Origin: Candidatus Izemoplasmatales bacterium
Lineage (GTDB): Bacteria; Bacillota_I; Bacilli_A; Izemoplasmatales; Hujiaoplasmataceae
Assembly: GCA_041652855.1 (NCBI GenBank)
Contig: JBAZGL010000001.1
Span: 1-26,983 of the forward strand
Length of the DNA: 26,983 nt
Reading direction: 5' to 3'
In this document: in pieces, positions 9,208-17,755 of the stretch
Position numbering within the stretch: the stretch's first letter is position 1
Layout of the letters: every line of letters begins with the position of its first letter
Notes under the pieces: generated by a model
What the model saw: the letters and a program-made list of their open reading frames with translations, nothing else
Database searches by the model: none
What the model was told of the DNA's origin: nothing
Made by a program: the position numbers and the translations under genes

Positions 9208-10149
9208 ATGGAGTGGTATGTTTGGCTTCCCATCATTCTCGTTGTCTGCTTCATTCTCGTGATGGGGTACGTGACGGCCAAATCTCTGTATGATCCGAAG
9301 CGATTGACGCTGGACGCTTCAAGAGCGAAAGAAAATGTACGTAGCCCAGGTTTGATGGACATCTATGATACTTGGGATATCGAAACATTCTGGATTGACA
9401 CACATCAATCCATTCGGTTGAAAGCCTATTTTTTGCCGGCGGAAGTAGACAATAACCGCTATGTGGTCATCGCCCACGGATATTCCTACACCCATCACGG
9501 CGCTGTCAAATACGCCCAAATGATGCGCGAACTCGGCTTCCATGTTCTGATGTATGATGAGCGTTATCACGGAGAGAGCGAAGGCGACATGTGCACGATG
9601 GGCTATCTGGAACAACATGATCTCTACGATGCGATTTCATATCTCTATGAACGTTTTGGGCCGGATATCATCCTTGGCACCTATGGCGAATCGATGGGAG
9701 CCGCTACCGCCATCCTGGAACATCAATTCGACAATCGCGTTCGGTTCGTGATTTCCGATTGCGGATTTGCGGACTTGAAGATGCTTCTAACTTATCTTTA
9801 TCGGCTTCGGCATTTGCCGAAGTATCCCTTTATCTGGGCAGCTGATCTCTGCTTCTATTGGAAGACCAAAGTGCGTTTTCACGCATTATCTCCGATCAAA
9901 GCCGTGAAGCATGCCAAAGTACCGATGTTGTTCATGCATGGGGAGAGCGATCGTTTCATTCCCAAAGATCACAGCATCAAGATGCATGAAGTCTGCCCAA
10001 CGACGAAGGGGCTCTTGATTGCGCCCAATGCTGCGGATCATACGGAAGCTTCACGAAAAAATCCAGAGCTTTATCGAGAAGTCTTGAAGGACTTTCTGTT
10101 GAAAATACAGATGATTACGAATAACAAAGAGGGTGGGAAACATGATTGA
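9208..10149 (+). CDS. Membrane-anchored alpha/beta hydrolase (YqkD-like), 313 aa
   Basis: N-terminal TM anchor, IAHGY oxyanion region, YDERYHGESEG, nucleophile motif GESMG, LFMHGESDRFIP (Asp) and ADHTEA (His). Confidence 0.88.
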   Translation: MEWYVWLPIILVVCFILVMGYVTAKSLYDPKRLTLDASRAKENVRSPGLMDIYDTWDIETFWIDTHQSIRLKAYFLPAEVDNNRYVVIAHGYSYTHHGAVKYAQMMRELGFHVLMYDERYHGESEGDMCTMGYLEQHDLYDAISYLYERFGPDIILGTYGESMGAATAILEHQFDNRVRFVISDCGFADLKMLLTYLYRLRHLPKYPFIWAADLCFYWKTKVRFHALSPIKAVKHAKVPMLFMHGESDRFIPKDHSIKMHEVCPTTKGLLIAPNAADHTEASRKNPELYREVLKDFLLKIQMITNNKEGGKHD

Positions 10150-11578
10150 TGTAATCATTATTGGCGCCGGAGTCGTTGGCGCGAATATCGCGAGAGAATT
10201 ATCGCGCTATGATTTGAGCATTGCGGTCATCGAGACACATGAAGATGTCTGCGAAGAAACGTCCAAGGCGAATTCTGGCATTGTCCATAGCGGATATGAT
10301 GCGAAGCCGGGTACGCTGAAAGCGAAGTACAATGTTTTGGGAAACCAAATGATGGAGGCTTTATGCCTAAAACTGAATGTACCCTTTAAACGCAACGGAT
10401 CCTTGGTCCTTGCTTTTGATGAAGCTGGAGCGACACACCTGAATGAACTGCTGGTCCAAGGCCAGAAAAACGGCGTTCAGGGACTGAAAATCATCGATCG
10501 CGAGGAGATTCTACAACGTGAGCCGCGCTTGAATCCTGAGGTGCTATGTGCCTTAGATGCACCCATGGGCGGGATTGTAGATCCATTTCAACTGACCATC
10601 GCGAGCGCGGAAGTCGCAAGCAGAAACGGCACCATCTTCCATTTTGGCCAACAAGTCGTCGGACTCGAAAAAATAACGGACGGCTTCCGTGTGACCACTC
10701 GATCCCAAGTGTTCGAGTCGCGGAAAGTCATCAATTGCGCCGGGGTCTATGGCGACGAGTTGAACAATCTCGTAAGCAAGCACCATTATCACATCAAACC
10801 GCGCAAAGGCGAGTATCTGTTGTTTGATAAACAAGTCGGTCAACACGTGACACATACCATATTCCAACTCCCTGGAGTCCATGGCAAAGGCGTGTTGGTC
10901 ACACCGACGGCCGAAGGCAATCTGCTGGTCGGACCCAACTCGGTGTATGTTGATCGCAAAGATGACACTGCCACGACCCCTGACGGGATTCGCGCGGTCA
11001 TCGAAACCGCACGGATGAGCATGCCTCAAATCCCCCTGCCTTTCCTGATTACTGGCTTTGCGGGTATACGTGCGAGCGAGACAGGCGGAGATTTCATCAT
11101 TCAAGAGGCGGAAGACGTTCCAGGTTTCTTTAATGTCATCGGCATCGAATCACCGGGGCTCACCGCTACACCTGCTATCGCACAGGATGTGGCGATGTGG
11201 GTCGCGCGCGCTTTGCAAGCCAAGGAAAAAACAAACTACCGATCAGAACGCTCAGTAATCGTCCGATTCATCGAGCAAGACACAAAGAGACAAAAGGAAT
11301 TGTTTGCCGAAAACCATGATTATGGTCGGATTGTCTGTCGTTGTGAATCGATCACGCTTGCGGAGATTAAAGATGCCATCCATCGCGAACTCGGTGCGAG
11401 GACTGTCGACGGAATCAAGCGTAGAACCCGGGCAGGAAGCGGCAGATGTCAAGGTGGATTTTGCACACCAAAAATCATGGAAGTCCTGGCTCAGGAACTC
11501 CATTTGACACCCCATGAAATCAAGAAATTCAGTCCGCAATCGACGTATCTTGTCGGCCTGGACAAGGATTTGCTATAG
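10142..11578 (+). CDS. FAD-dependent oxidoreductase of the GlpA-like glycerol-3-phosphate dehydrogenase / LhgO family with a C-terminal BFD-like [2Fe-2S] domain, 478 aa
   Basis: IIGAGVVG Rossmann motif, TSKANSGIVHSGYD, KPRKGEY, GIESPGLTA, and C-terminal VCRCE...RTRAGSGRCQGGFC. ATG 10142 chosen over GTG 10133. Confidence 0.85.
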   Translation: MIDVIIIGAGVVGANIARELSRYDLSIAVIETHEDVCEETSKANSGIVHSGYDAKPGTLKAKYNVLGNQMMEALCLKLNVPFKRNGSLVLAFDEAGATHLNELLVQGQKNGVQGLKIIDREEILQREPRLNPEVLCALDAPMGGIVDPFQLTIASAEVASRNGTIFHFGQQVVGLEKITDGFRVTTRSQVFESRKVINCAGVYGDELNNLVSKHHYHIKPRKGEYLLFDKQVGQHVTHTIFQLPGVHGKGVLVTPTAEGNLLVGPNSVYVDRKDDTATTPDGIRAVIETARMSMPQIPLPFLITGFAGIRASETGGDFIIQEAEDVPGFFNVIGIESPGLTATPAIAQDVAMWVARALQAKEKTNYRSERSVIVRFIEQDTKRQKELFAENHDYGRIVCRCESITLAEIKDAIHRELGARTVDGIKRRTRAGSGRCQGGFCTPKIMEVLAQELHLTPHEIKKFSPQSTYLVGLDKDLL

Positions 11579-11589
11579 GAGGCCGAGAG

Positions 11590-12850
11590 ATGAAAAGAGC
11601 GATTGTAATCATTGGCGGGGGACCTGCCGGATTAGCGGCGGCGATTAGCGCCTATCAAAATGGTGAAAGAGACATCCTGATCCTTGAACGGGAAAACTAT
11701 CTCGGTGGGATCTTGAATCAATGCATCCATAACGGTTTTGGCTTGCATACGTTCAAAGAGGAACTGACCGGACCCGAGTATGCGACAAGGTATGTGGATC
11801 AGATCCATGCCTTGGGCATCGAGTACAAACTCAATACGATGGTGCTCGATATCGATGCTTCGCGGAAAATCATCGCCTTGAACGAAACCGATGGCATTCT
11901 GGAGATCATATCCGGAGCCATCATTTTGGCCATGGGATGCAGGGAGCGCCCGCGTGGCATTGAATGTGCCGGGATATCGCCCATCAGGCATATTTTCAGC
12001 GGGAACCGCGCAAAAGTTCGTGAATATCGATGGATATCTTCCCGGTCGAGAAATCGTGATTCTCGGTTCAGGCGATATCGGTTTGATTATGGCGCGTCGG
12101 TTGACGCTGGAAGGCGCGAAAGTCAAGATGGTATTGGAAATCATGCCGTATTCGGGTGGATTGAAACGAAACATCGTGCAATGTCTCGATGATTATGATA
12201 TTCCTTTGAAACTGAGTCATACCGTGACCAAAATCCATGGTAAGGATCGCGTGGAAGGAATCACATATGCGATGGTGGATGAACACCTCAACCCAATCAA
12301 AGAAACAGAGCAGGAAGTGTCGTGCGACACTTTGCTTCTATCAGTAGGTTTGATCCCGGAGAACGAACTGTCCCGGAAAGCGGGAGTGGAAATCAATCCC
12401 AAAACTCAAGGGCCCTTGGTATCCAGTCGATTCGAGACTTCGGTACCCGGAATTTTCGCTTGCGGGAATGTGCTCCACGTTCATGATTTGGTCGATTATG
12501 TCAGCGAAGAAGCCGCGCTTGCAGGCAAGTATGCCCAAGCTTTTGTCCAAGGCCAAAGGTTCGATGACTCACAGATTCCAATCGTTTCGGGTCAAGGGTG
12601 TCGCTACAGTGTTCCGACCTCTGTGTATGTGTCCCATCCGGACAAAACGATCGTCATCCGTTTTCGTGTTGACAAAGTGTATGAAAACACATATGTCTCT
12701 CTCTATTTTGATGAGGAGCGTCTATCGCACAAACTCAAGCGCGTGTTGACCCCGGGCGAAATGGAACAGATTATCATACCTACATCGTGGCTCAAGGAGC
12801 GACCCCACACGAAGCGCATCATGATTGCTGTCGAGGAGGATGAGAAATGA
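11590..12850 (+). pseudogene. NAD(P)/FAD-dependent oxidoreductase (second subunit of the GlpA-like trio) interrupted by a frameshift near 11956; pseudogene or sequence error
   Basis: The 11590 frame reads GGGPAG...LNQCIHNGFG...LAMGCRERPRG. Homology continues in the 11891 frame from 11957 (ALNVPGYRPSGIFSAGTAQ...GSGDIG...GNVLHVHDLVD). Adding 2 nt gives a 420-aa protein. Confidence 0.85.
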
Positions 12851-13218
12851 TGAGCGATGTACGCAGAATCACCTGTATCAACTGTCCGCTCGGATGCACG
12901 TTGGAAGTGGAACTCAAAGAGAACGAAGTGATCAGTGTTACGGGATTCCAGTGCCCAAGGGGGAAGGATTACGCCAAGAAAGAGGTGCTCAATCCCACCC
13001 GAACCATCACTTCGATCATCCCCGTGGTTCACGGGGACCAATCGATGGTTTCCGTCAAGACGGACCAAGATATCCCCAAGGGAAAAATTCGTGAAGTGAT
13101 GTATGCTTTAAAAGATTTGACGGTCGAAGCTCCCGTGGAAATCGGTCAAATCATCTTGGCCAATGTGGGCGAAACCGATGTGAACATCATCGCAACTAAA
13201 AGAGTGGGGCGAAAATAA
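12847..13218 (+). CDS. DUF1667-like CxxC small subunit (third gene of the GlpA-like trio), 123 aa
   Basis: TCINCPLGC and CPRG motifs, PTRTITS, SVKTDQDIPK; ATGA overlap with the upstream oxidoreductase. Confidence 0.82.
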   Translation: MMSDVRRITCINCPLGCTLEVELKENEVISVTGFQCPRGKDYAKKEVLNPTRTITSIIPVVHGDQSMVSVKTDQDIPKGKIREVMYALKDLTVEAPVEIGQIILANVGETDVNIIATKRVGRK

Positions 13219-13680
13219 ATGGAACATCATGTTTTTTCAACTCCGTATGGAAACGTGGCGATTGATCTTCGTGGCGAAAAGGTGTATTGGATCCGATCAT
13301 CGTCCGAACCTGTCAGTGAACACCGTCCATCGGTCTATGCTGAGACCGCAGCGTTTCAGTTGAATGCATTTTTTACGGGGACGTTGAAACACATGACCTT
13401 TGCGTATGAAATCCAGGGAACCCCTTTCCAAAGAAAAGTCTTGGAGACATTGGCTCAAGTGCCATATGGCGCGACCCTATCTTATTCGGAGTTGGCACAT
13501 AAGGCAGGTTATGAGCGCGCGGTGCGCGCGACGGCGAATGTTGTCGCACGCAATCTGTTGCCCTTTGTTCTGCCGTGTCATCGCATCATCCAAAAGGATG
13601 GCCGTTATGGAAATTATGGCGGAGGTCGAGAGATGAAAAGAAGTTTGATTGATATGGAAAAAACGCGTACAGCGATGTAA
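13219..13680 (+). CDS. ogt: Methylated-DNA--protein-cysteine S-methyltransferase, 153 aa
   Basis: GTPFQRKV..L..VPYG...SYSELA, AVRA and active-site LPCHRI motifs. Confidence 0.92.
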   Translation: MEHHVFSTPYGNVAIDLRGEKVYWIRSSSEPVSEHRPSVYAETAAFQLNAFFTGTLKHMTFAYEIQGTPFQRKVLETLAQVPYGATLSYSELAHKAGYERAVRATANVVARNLLPFVLPCHRIIQKDGRYGNYGGGREMKRSLIDMEKTRTAM

Positions 13681-13690
13681 CGCGTTTTTT
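13658..13690 (+). terminator. Rho-independent terminator overlapping the ogt stop codon
   Basis: AAAAAACGCGT ... ACGCGTTTTTT inverted repeat ending in T6. Confidence 0.75.
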
Positions 13691-13705
13691 ATTGCGAAAA
13701 ATATC

Positions 13706-13734
13706 TTGACAACAATCATGGGATAAACTATAAT
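13706..13734 (+). promoter_or_regulatory. Consensus sigmaA promoter of the feo operon
   Basis: TTGACA (13706-13711), 17-bp spacer, TATAAT (13729-13734). Confidence 0.88.
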
Positions 13735-13772
13735 TGTCGTGAGTTCAGAAAGACTATTTTTTTTCACAAGAA

Positions 13773-13790
13773 TGTTAGCAGCGACTAACA
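13773..13790. promoter_or_regulatory. Candidate DtxR/MntR-family operator
   Basis: Palindrome TGTTAG-cagcga-CTAACA between the promoter and the feoA RBS (GGAGG 13794-13798); the operon encodes a DtxR-family repressor. Confidence 0.6.
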
Positions 13791-13804
13791 AACGGAGGAA
13801 CGTC

Positions 13805-14041
13805 ATGACATTGAAAGACATCAAGCCAGGAGAGACATGTGTCATTAAGAACATTCACGTGAACAATCTCAGAAAGCGCATTATTGATATGGGGTTGACA
13901 TCGAATACCAAAATCAAAGTGATGAAGCTTGCGCCATTGGGAGACCCTATGGAGATTTTGGTCCGGGGATATCGGCTGACGCTTCGCAAGGCCGAAGCGC
14001 GGATGATTGAAGTCGAGAAGACTGAGGTTGTGACGCCATGA
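13805..14041 (+). CDS. feoA: Ferrous iron transport protein A, 78 aa
   Basis: MTLKDIKPGE...RIIDMGLT...APLGDPMEILVRGYRLTLRK motifs; GGAGG RBS before ATG 13805. Confidence 0.93.
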   Translation: MTLKDIKPGETCVIKNIHVNNLRKRIIDMGLTSNTKIKVMKLAPLGDPMEILVRGYRLTLRKAEARMIEVEKTEVVTP

Positions 14042-16233
14042 AAAAGATCGCTTTGGTCGGTAATCCGAATTCGGGAAAAACGACGGTTTTCAATGGGTTG
14101 ACCGGATTAAACCAGTCTGTGGGCAATTGGCCGGGAGTGACGGTGGAAAAGAAATCCGGAAAATTGAGATCGGGTTTGTTCGAGGCGGAAATCATCGACC
14201 TTCCGGGAATCTACTCGCTATCGACTATATCGCTGGAAGAAGCCATCTCCAGCCAGTTCGTCATCAAGAGAGACATGGATCTCATCATCAATATCGTGGA
14301 CGCCTCGAATTTGGAGCGAAACCTCTTTTTGACCTATCAACTTTTGGAAGCGGATCTTCCGGTCGTCGTCGCATTGAACTGCATGGATATCGTGGAAAAG
14401 AAACTCGAGAACATCAACATCGATCTCTTGAGTGAATCACTGGGTGTTCCGGTCTTTCCAATCACCGCAAGCAGAAAGCACGGGATGGACGGACTGATTC
14501 AGTTTCTCAAACATGATACATATCTGCCCCAAGAACATCGCGTCACTTATCCTCAAGATATCGAAGCGACGATTGAACGGTTTCAATCGCTGATCGGCAG
14601 CCGCTTTCTGGCAATCCGCTTCATCGAGGATGGGCTGCGCGCACTCCCGCCCATCGATGATAAGGTGCGGGTCAAAGCGATTTTGGATCAATACCACCTT
14701 GAAATCAAGAACTACCCGATAGATTTGGACATGGTCATCCCGAATGCCCGGTACAACCTCATCATGTCGGTGATTGAGAAAGTGCTGTCGCGTCCCAGTT
14801 TCGAAATGGTTTCCTCAACCGAAAAAATCGATCGGATCCTGACCCATAAATGGTTGGGGATTCCGATCTTCGCATTAATCATGTTTTTGGTATTCTTCCT
14901 CGCTTTTGGACCTATCGGAGTTTGGATCACCGAGGGATTCGTTTACTTGATGGATGTTTTGATTTCTTGGATCATATCTGGGGTGAATCAACTCGGAATG
15001 GCCTCGTGGGTTGAGAGTTTGATTGCCAAAGGTGTGTTCGGTGGTTTGGGTGCGGTAGTCGGATTTTTGCCACAACTCGTGATTTTGTTTCTGTTTCTAT
15101 CCTTGCTTGAGGATTCCGGATATATGGCACGCGCTGCGTTCATCATGGACCGTGCGCTTAGGCGTTTCGGTTTGTCCGGGAAATCCTTTATTCCAATGTT
15201 GATGGGGTTCGGGTGCAGTGTACCGGCGATGGCTGCGACGCGCACTTTGGACAAAGACGAGGATCGTAAGATCACAACGATGATTGTTCCGTTTATTTCC
15301 TGCGGTGCGAAAGCGCCAATTTACGGGGTTTTCGCGGGCGCACTCTTTTTCGGATCGGCATACTTAGTCGTATTCTCGATGTATTTGCTGGGCATTATGG
15401 TCGCTGTGATTTCAGCGATTGTGTTCAAGAAAACTATTTTGAAAAGCGCAAGCGCAAATTATATCATGGAACTGCCGGAGTACAGGATGCCTTCAGCGAA
15501 AAACACGTTCCGACACACTTGGGAACGTGCTAAAGGCTTCTTGATCAAGGCTGGGACGATTCTGCTCGGAGCGTTCATCATCATCTGGTTTTTCAGTCAT
15601 TTCGGTTTCATCGATGGCACGTTTCGCCTCTTGATGGAAGAAGAAATCGAGTTCAGTCTGCTCGGCGCGATCGGTAAAGGATTATTGCCAATATTCCGAC
15701 CAATCGGCTTTACGGATTGGCGATCCACAGTGGCGATCCTGACGGGTTTTGTGGCTAAGGAATCGGTGGTCGGAACCTTGGGGATTCTGTATGGTATTGG
15801 GCAGGATGTCGTCGAGAACGGTTCATTGTTGTTTGAACCGATTCGGATGGCGTTCACCCAGCTTCAGGCATATGCATTTATGACGTTCGCACTGCTTTCA
15901 ACCCCATGCATTGCCGCGATTGCCGCGATGAAAAAAGAATTGGTCTCATGGAAGTGGCTGATATTCTCGATTATGTATGAGATGCTCGTCGCCTATCTTG
16001 TAGCGTTTCTCATTTATCAGATTGGAAGTCTCGAGATCGGAATGATTTTGACGATTATATTTGCGGTCATAGTTGTAGGAATTGTCATCTTGAGCATCAA
16101 GAAATATGTATCTAGACGCGGAAACATATGTGAAAGTTGCAATGGATGCGGCATCAAGGACCAGTGTCAATTACCGCAGAACACGGAAAACAAATCTGAA
16201 ACAGATGTCAATGATGGAGGTAATCGTCCATGA
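14038..16233 (+). CDS. feoB: Ferrous iron transport protein B, 731 aa
   Basis: G1 GNPNSGKT, GNWPGVTVE, G3 DLPG, G4 NCMD, LEDSGYMARAAF, GFGCSVPA and MELPEYRMP motifs; multi-TM C-terminal half. Confidence 0.96.
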   Translation: MKKIALVGNPNSGKTTVFNGLTGLNQSVGNWPGVTVEKKSGKLRSGLFEAEIIDLPGIYSLSTISLEEAISSQFVIKRDMDLIINIVDASNLERNLFLTYQLLEADLPVVVALNCMDIVEKKLENINIDLLSESLGVPVFPITASRKHGMDGLIQFLKHDTYLPQEHRVTYPQDIEATIERFQSLIGSRFLAIRFIEDGLRALPPIDDKVRVKAILDQYHLEIKNYPIDLDMVIPNARYNLIMSVIEKVLSRPSFEMVSSTEKIDRILTHKWLGIPIFALIMFLVFFLAFGPIGVWITEGFVYLMDVLISWIISGVNQLGMASWVESLIAKGVFGGLGAVVGFLPQLVILFLFLSLLEDSGYMARAAFIMDRALRRFGLSGKSFIPMLMGFGCSVPAMAATRTLDKDEDRKITTMIVPFISCGAKAPIYGVFAGALFFGSAYLVVFSMYLLGIMVAVISAIVFKKTILKSASANYIMELPEYRMPSAKNTFRHTWERAKGFLIKAGTILLGAFIIIWFFSHFGFIDGTFRLLMEEEIEFSLLGAIGKGLLPIFRPIGFTDWRSTVAILTGFVAKESVVGTLGILYGIGQDVVENGSLLFEPIRMAFTQLQAYAFMTFALLSTPCIAAIAAMKKELVSWKWLIFSIMYEMLVAYLVAFLIYQIGSLEIGMILTIIFAVIVVGIVILSIKKYVSRRGNICESCNGCGIKDQCQLPQNTENKSETDVNDGGNRP

Positions 16234-16610
16234 GGAGGCCAACGAGATTCAGCGAATCCGTGGAGGATTATCTTGAGGCGATCATTATGCTTGGGGGCAA
16301 GAATGTGCGTTCAATCGATATCGCGAACCATTTGCAGGTTTCCCGCGCGAGCGTGAGTCGTGCGCTGGGTTTGCTTGCCGATAAAGGTTTAATCGATAAA
16401 AAACCGTATGGAGATATTTCATTGACGTCTTTCGGTATTGAAACTTCACGAAGAGTTGAAAAGAAACATTTGATTGTAAAAAGTTTTTTGATCGATGTTC
16501 TGGGCGTGGATAAAGACCGGGCGAATATTGAAGCATGCGGTATCGAACATAATATATCAGAGGATACGGCGGAGCGGATCCAGGAACTGGTGCAGCGCAT
16601 AAAAAAATGA
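16230..16610 (+). CDS. DtxR/MntR-family metal-dependent transcriptional repressor (short form without the SH3/FeoA domain), 126 aa
   Basis: SVEDYLEAI, HTH IANHLQVSRASVS, KH..FL..VLGV and EACGIEH metal-site motif. Confidence 0.9.
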   Translation: MRRPTRFSESVEDYLEAIIMLGGKNVRSIDIANHLQVSRASVSRALGLLADKGLIDKKPYGDISLTSFGIETSRRVEKKHLIVKSFLIDVLGVDKDRANIEACGIEHNISEDTAERIQELVQRIKK

Positions 16611-16626
16611 CCCATCAAGGGTCATT
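16601..16626 (-). terminator. Terminator for the lacI-family transcript, located between convergent genes
   Basis: Stem AATGACCC-atcaa-GGGTCATT; A7 at 16601-16607 gives a U tract on the minus strand. Confidence 0.65.
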
Positions 16627-17590
16627 GAGTTGTTTCGCGTTCGATGAGGTTGACATCGATCTCGATGTGGGTCGCCTCGATCGGTTGCTTCTGGATCAGT
16701 TTCATTAACAACGATACAGCTGTTTGGGCGATCTGATGCTTATTTTGGGAAATCGTCGTCAGCCGAGGCGTGATCATCTGCGCCAGTTCGATATTGTCGA
16801 ATCCGATGACCTGAACGTCTTCAGGGACATTTTTCCCAAGTTGTTTCAGACATTGGATAACTGAGAGCGCGATGACATCGGAGTCACAGAAGATACCGTT
16901 GACATTTGGAAATTTTTCCAGGCAGGATAGAATTTTCTGTGGGTCGGGATCTTTGAATGCCAAATCGAAACTGATGGGGGCCACTTGATGCTTGTCCATG
17001 ATGGAGCGAAAGCCCGTGGTGCGGTCTTGGACAGTGGGCAGGATGCTCGGCCCGCGAAAATGGATAATCTCGGTACACCCGGCTTCAATGAGTTTGCTGG
17101 CGGCGAGAATGCCGCCTTGGATATTGTTGCTAGTGACCGAAGGAATATGGTCGGACAAGTGATGGTCGATTGCGACGATAGGCACTTTAAGGTCTTGATA
17201 ATCATGGATTCGATGGGTGTTTGAAACGAGGAGAATTCCGTCGATGCTGTATTGTTGAAGGACTTTTAGATATTTGCTTTCGCGCGCAAAATCATCGCGG
17301 GAATTGCAGACCATGACATGGTAATCTTCTTCGATGATGAAATTCTCGATGATCTCTATCAGTTCCGCAAAATAGTATGAAGTCATGTGAGGAACAATCA
17401 CGCCGATGATGCGTGATTGTTTTTTGAACAAGGAGCGGGCAAGTTCATTCGGCACGTAGTTCAACGTTTCGATGGCTTCGACAACAAGCAGCCGCGTTTC
17501 TTCGTTCACATAGCCTTTGTTATTGATGACGCGAGAAACGGTCGCAACGCTGACGTGGGCACGCTTTGCAACATCCTTGATCGTCGCCAT
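16622..17590 (-). CDS. LacI-family transcriptional regulator, 322 aa
   Basis: MATIKDVAKRAHVSVATVSRVIN, YVPNELARSL, VPEDVQVIGFDN and LTTISQ motifs; AAGGAAGTGA RBS upstream of ATG 17590. Confidence 0.94.
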   Translation of the reverse strand: MATIKDVAKRAHVSVATVSRVINNKGYVNEETRLLVVEAIETLNYVPNELARSLFKKQSRIIGVIVPHMTSYYFAELIEIIENFIIEEDYHVMVCNSRDDFARESKYLKVLQQYSIDGILLVSNTHRIHDYQDLKVPIVAIDHHLSDHIPSVTSNNIQGGILAASKLIEAGCTEIIHFRGPSILPTVQDRTTGFRSIMDKHQVAPISFDLAFKDPDPQKILSCLEKFPNVNGIFCDSDVIALSVIQCLKQLGKNVPEDVQVIGFDNIELAQMITPRLTTISQNKHQIAQTAVSLLMKLIQKQPIEATHIEIDVNLIERETTQ

Positions 17591-17755
17591 ACAAATCACT
17601 TCCTTTATATTATTATAACTGTTATGACACATAAATCATAGATGAGTTTCAAAAATCACAAATCAAAAGCAATTTCGGTTCAAATCAACAAGAATATGGA
17701 AAAATCACACGAAATAAGATACACTTATGGTAATGTGATGCGAAATGAGGATAAG

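Noticed and set aside
11891-12850. ORF 11891-12850 as an independent gene
   Set aside because: Its first 22 codons are out-of-frame junk with no RBS; it is the C-terminal part of the frameshifted 11590 gene.
17642-17755. Upstream extensions in the ORF track (GH13 from 17642, feoA 13739, lacI 17632, trmFO 19018, xerC 20375, rlmD 3073)
   Set aside because: They run through promoters or neighbouring genes; internal ATGs with good RBSs give family-typical lengths.
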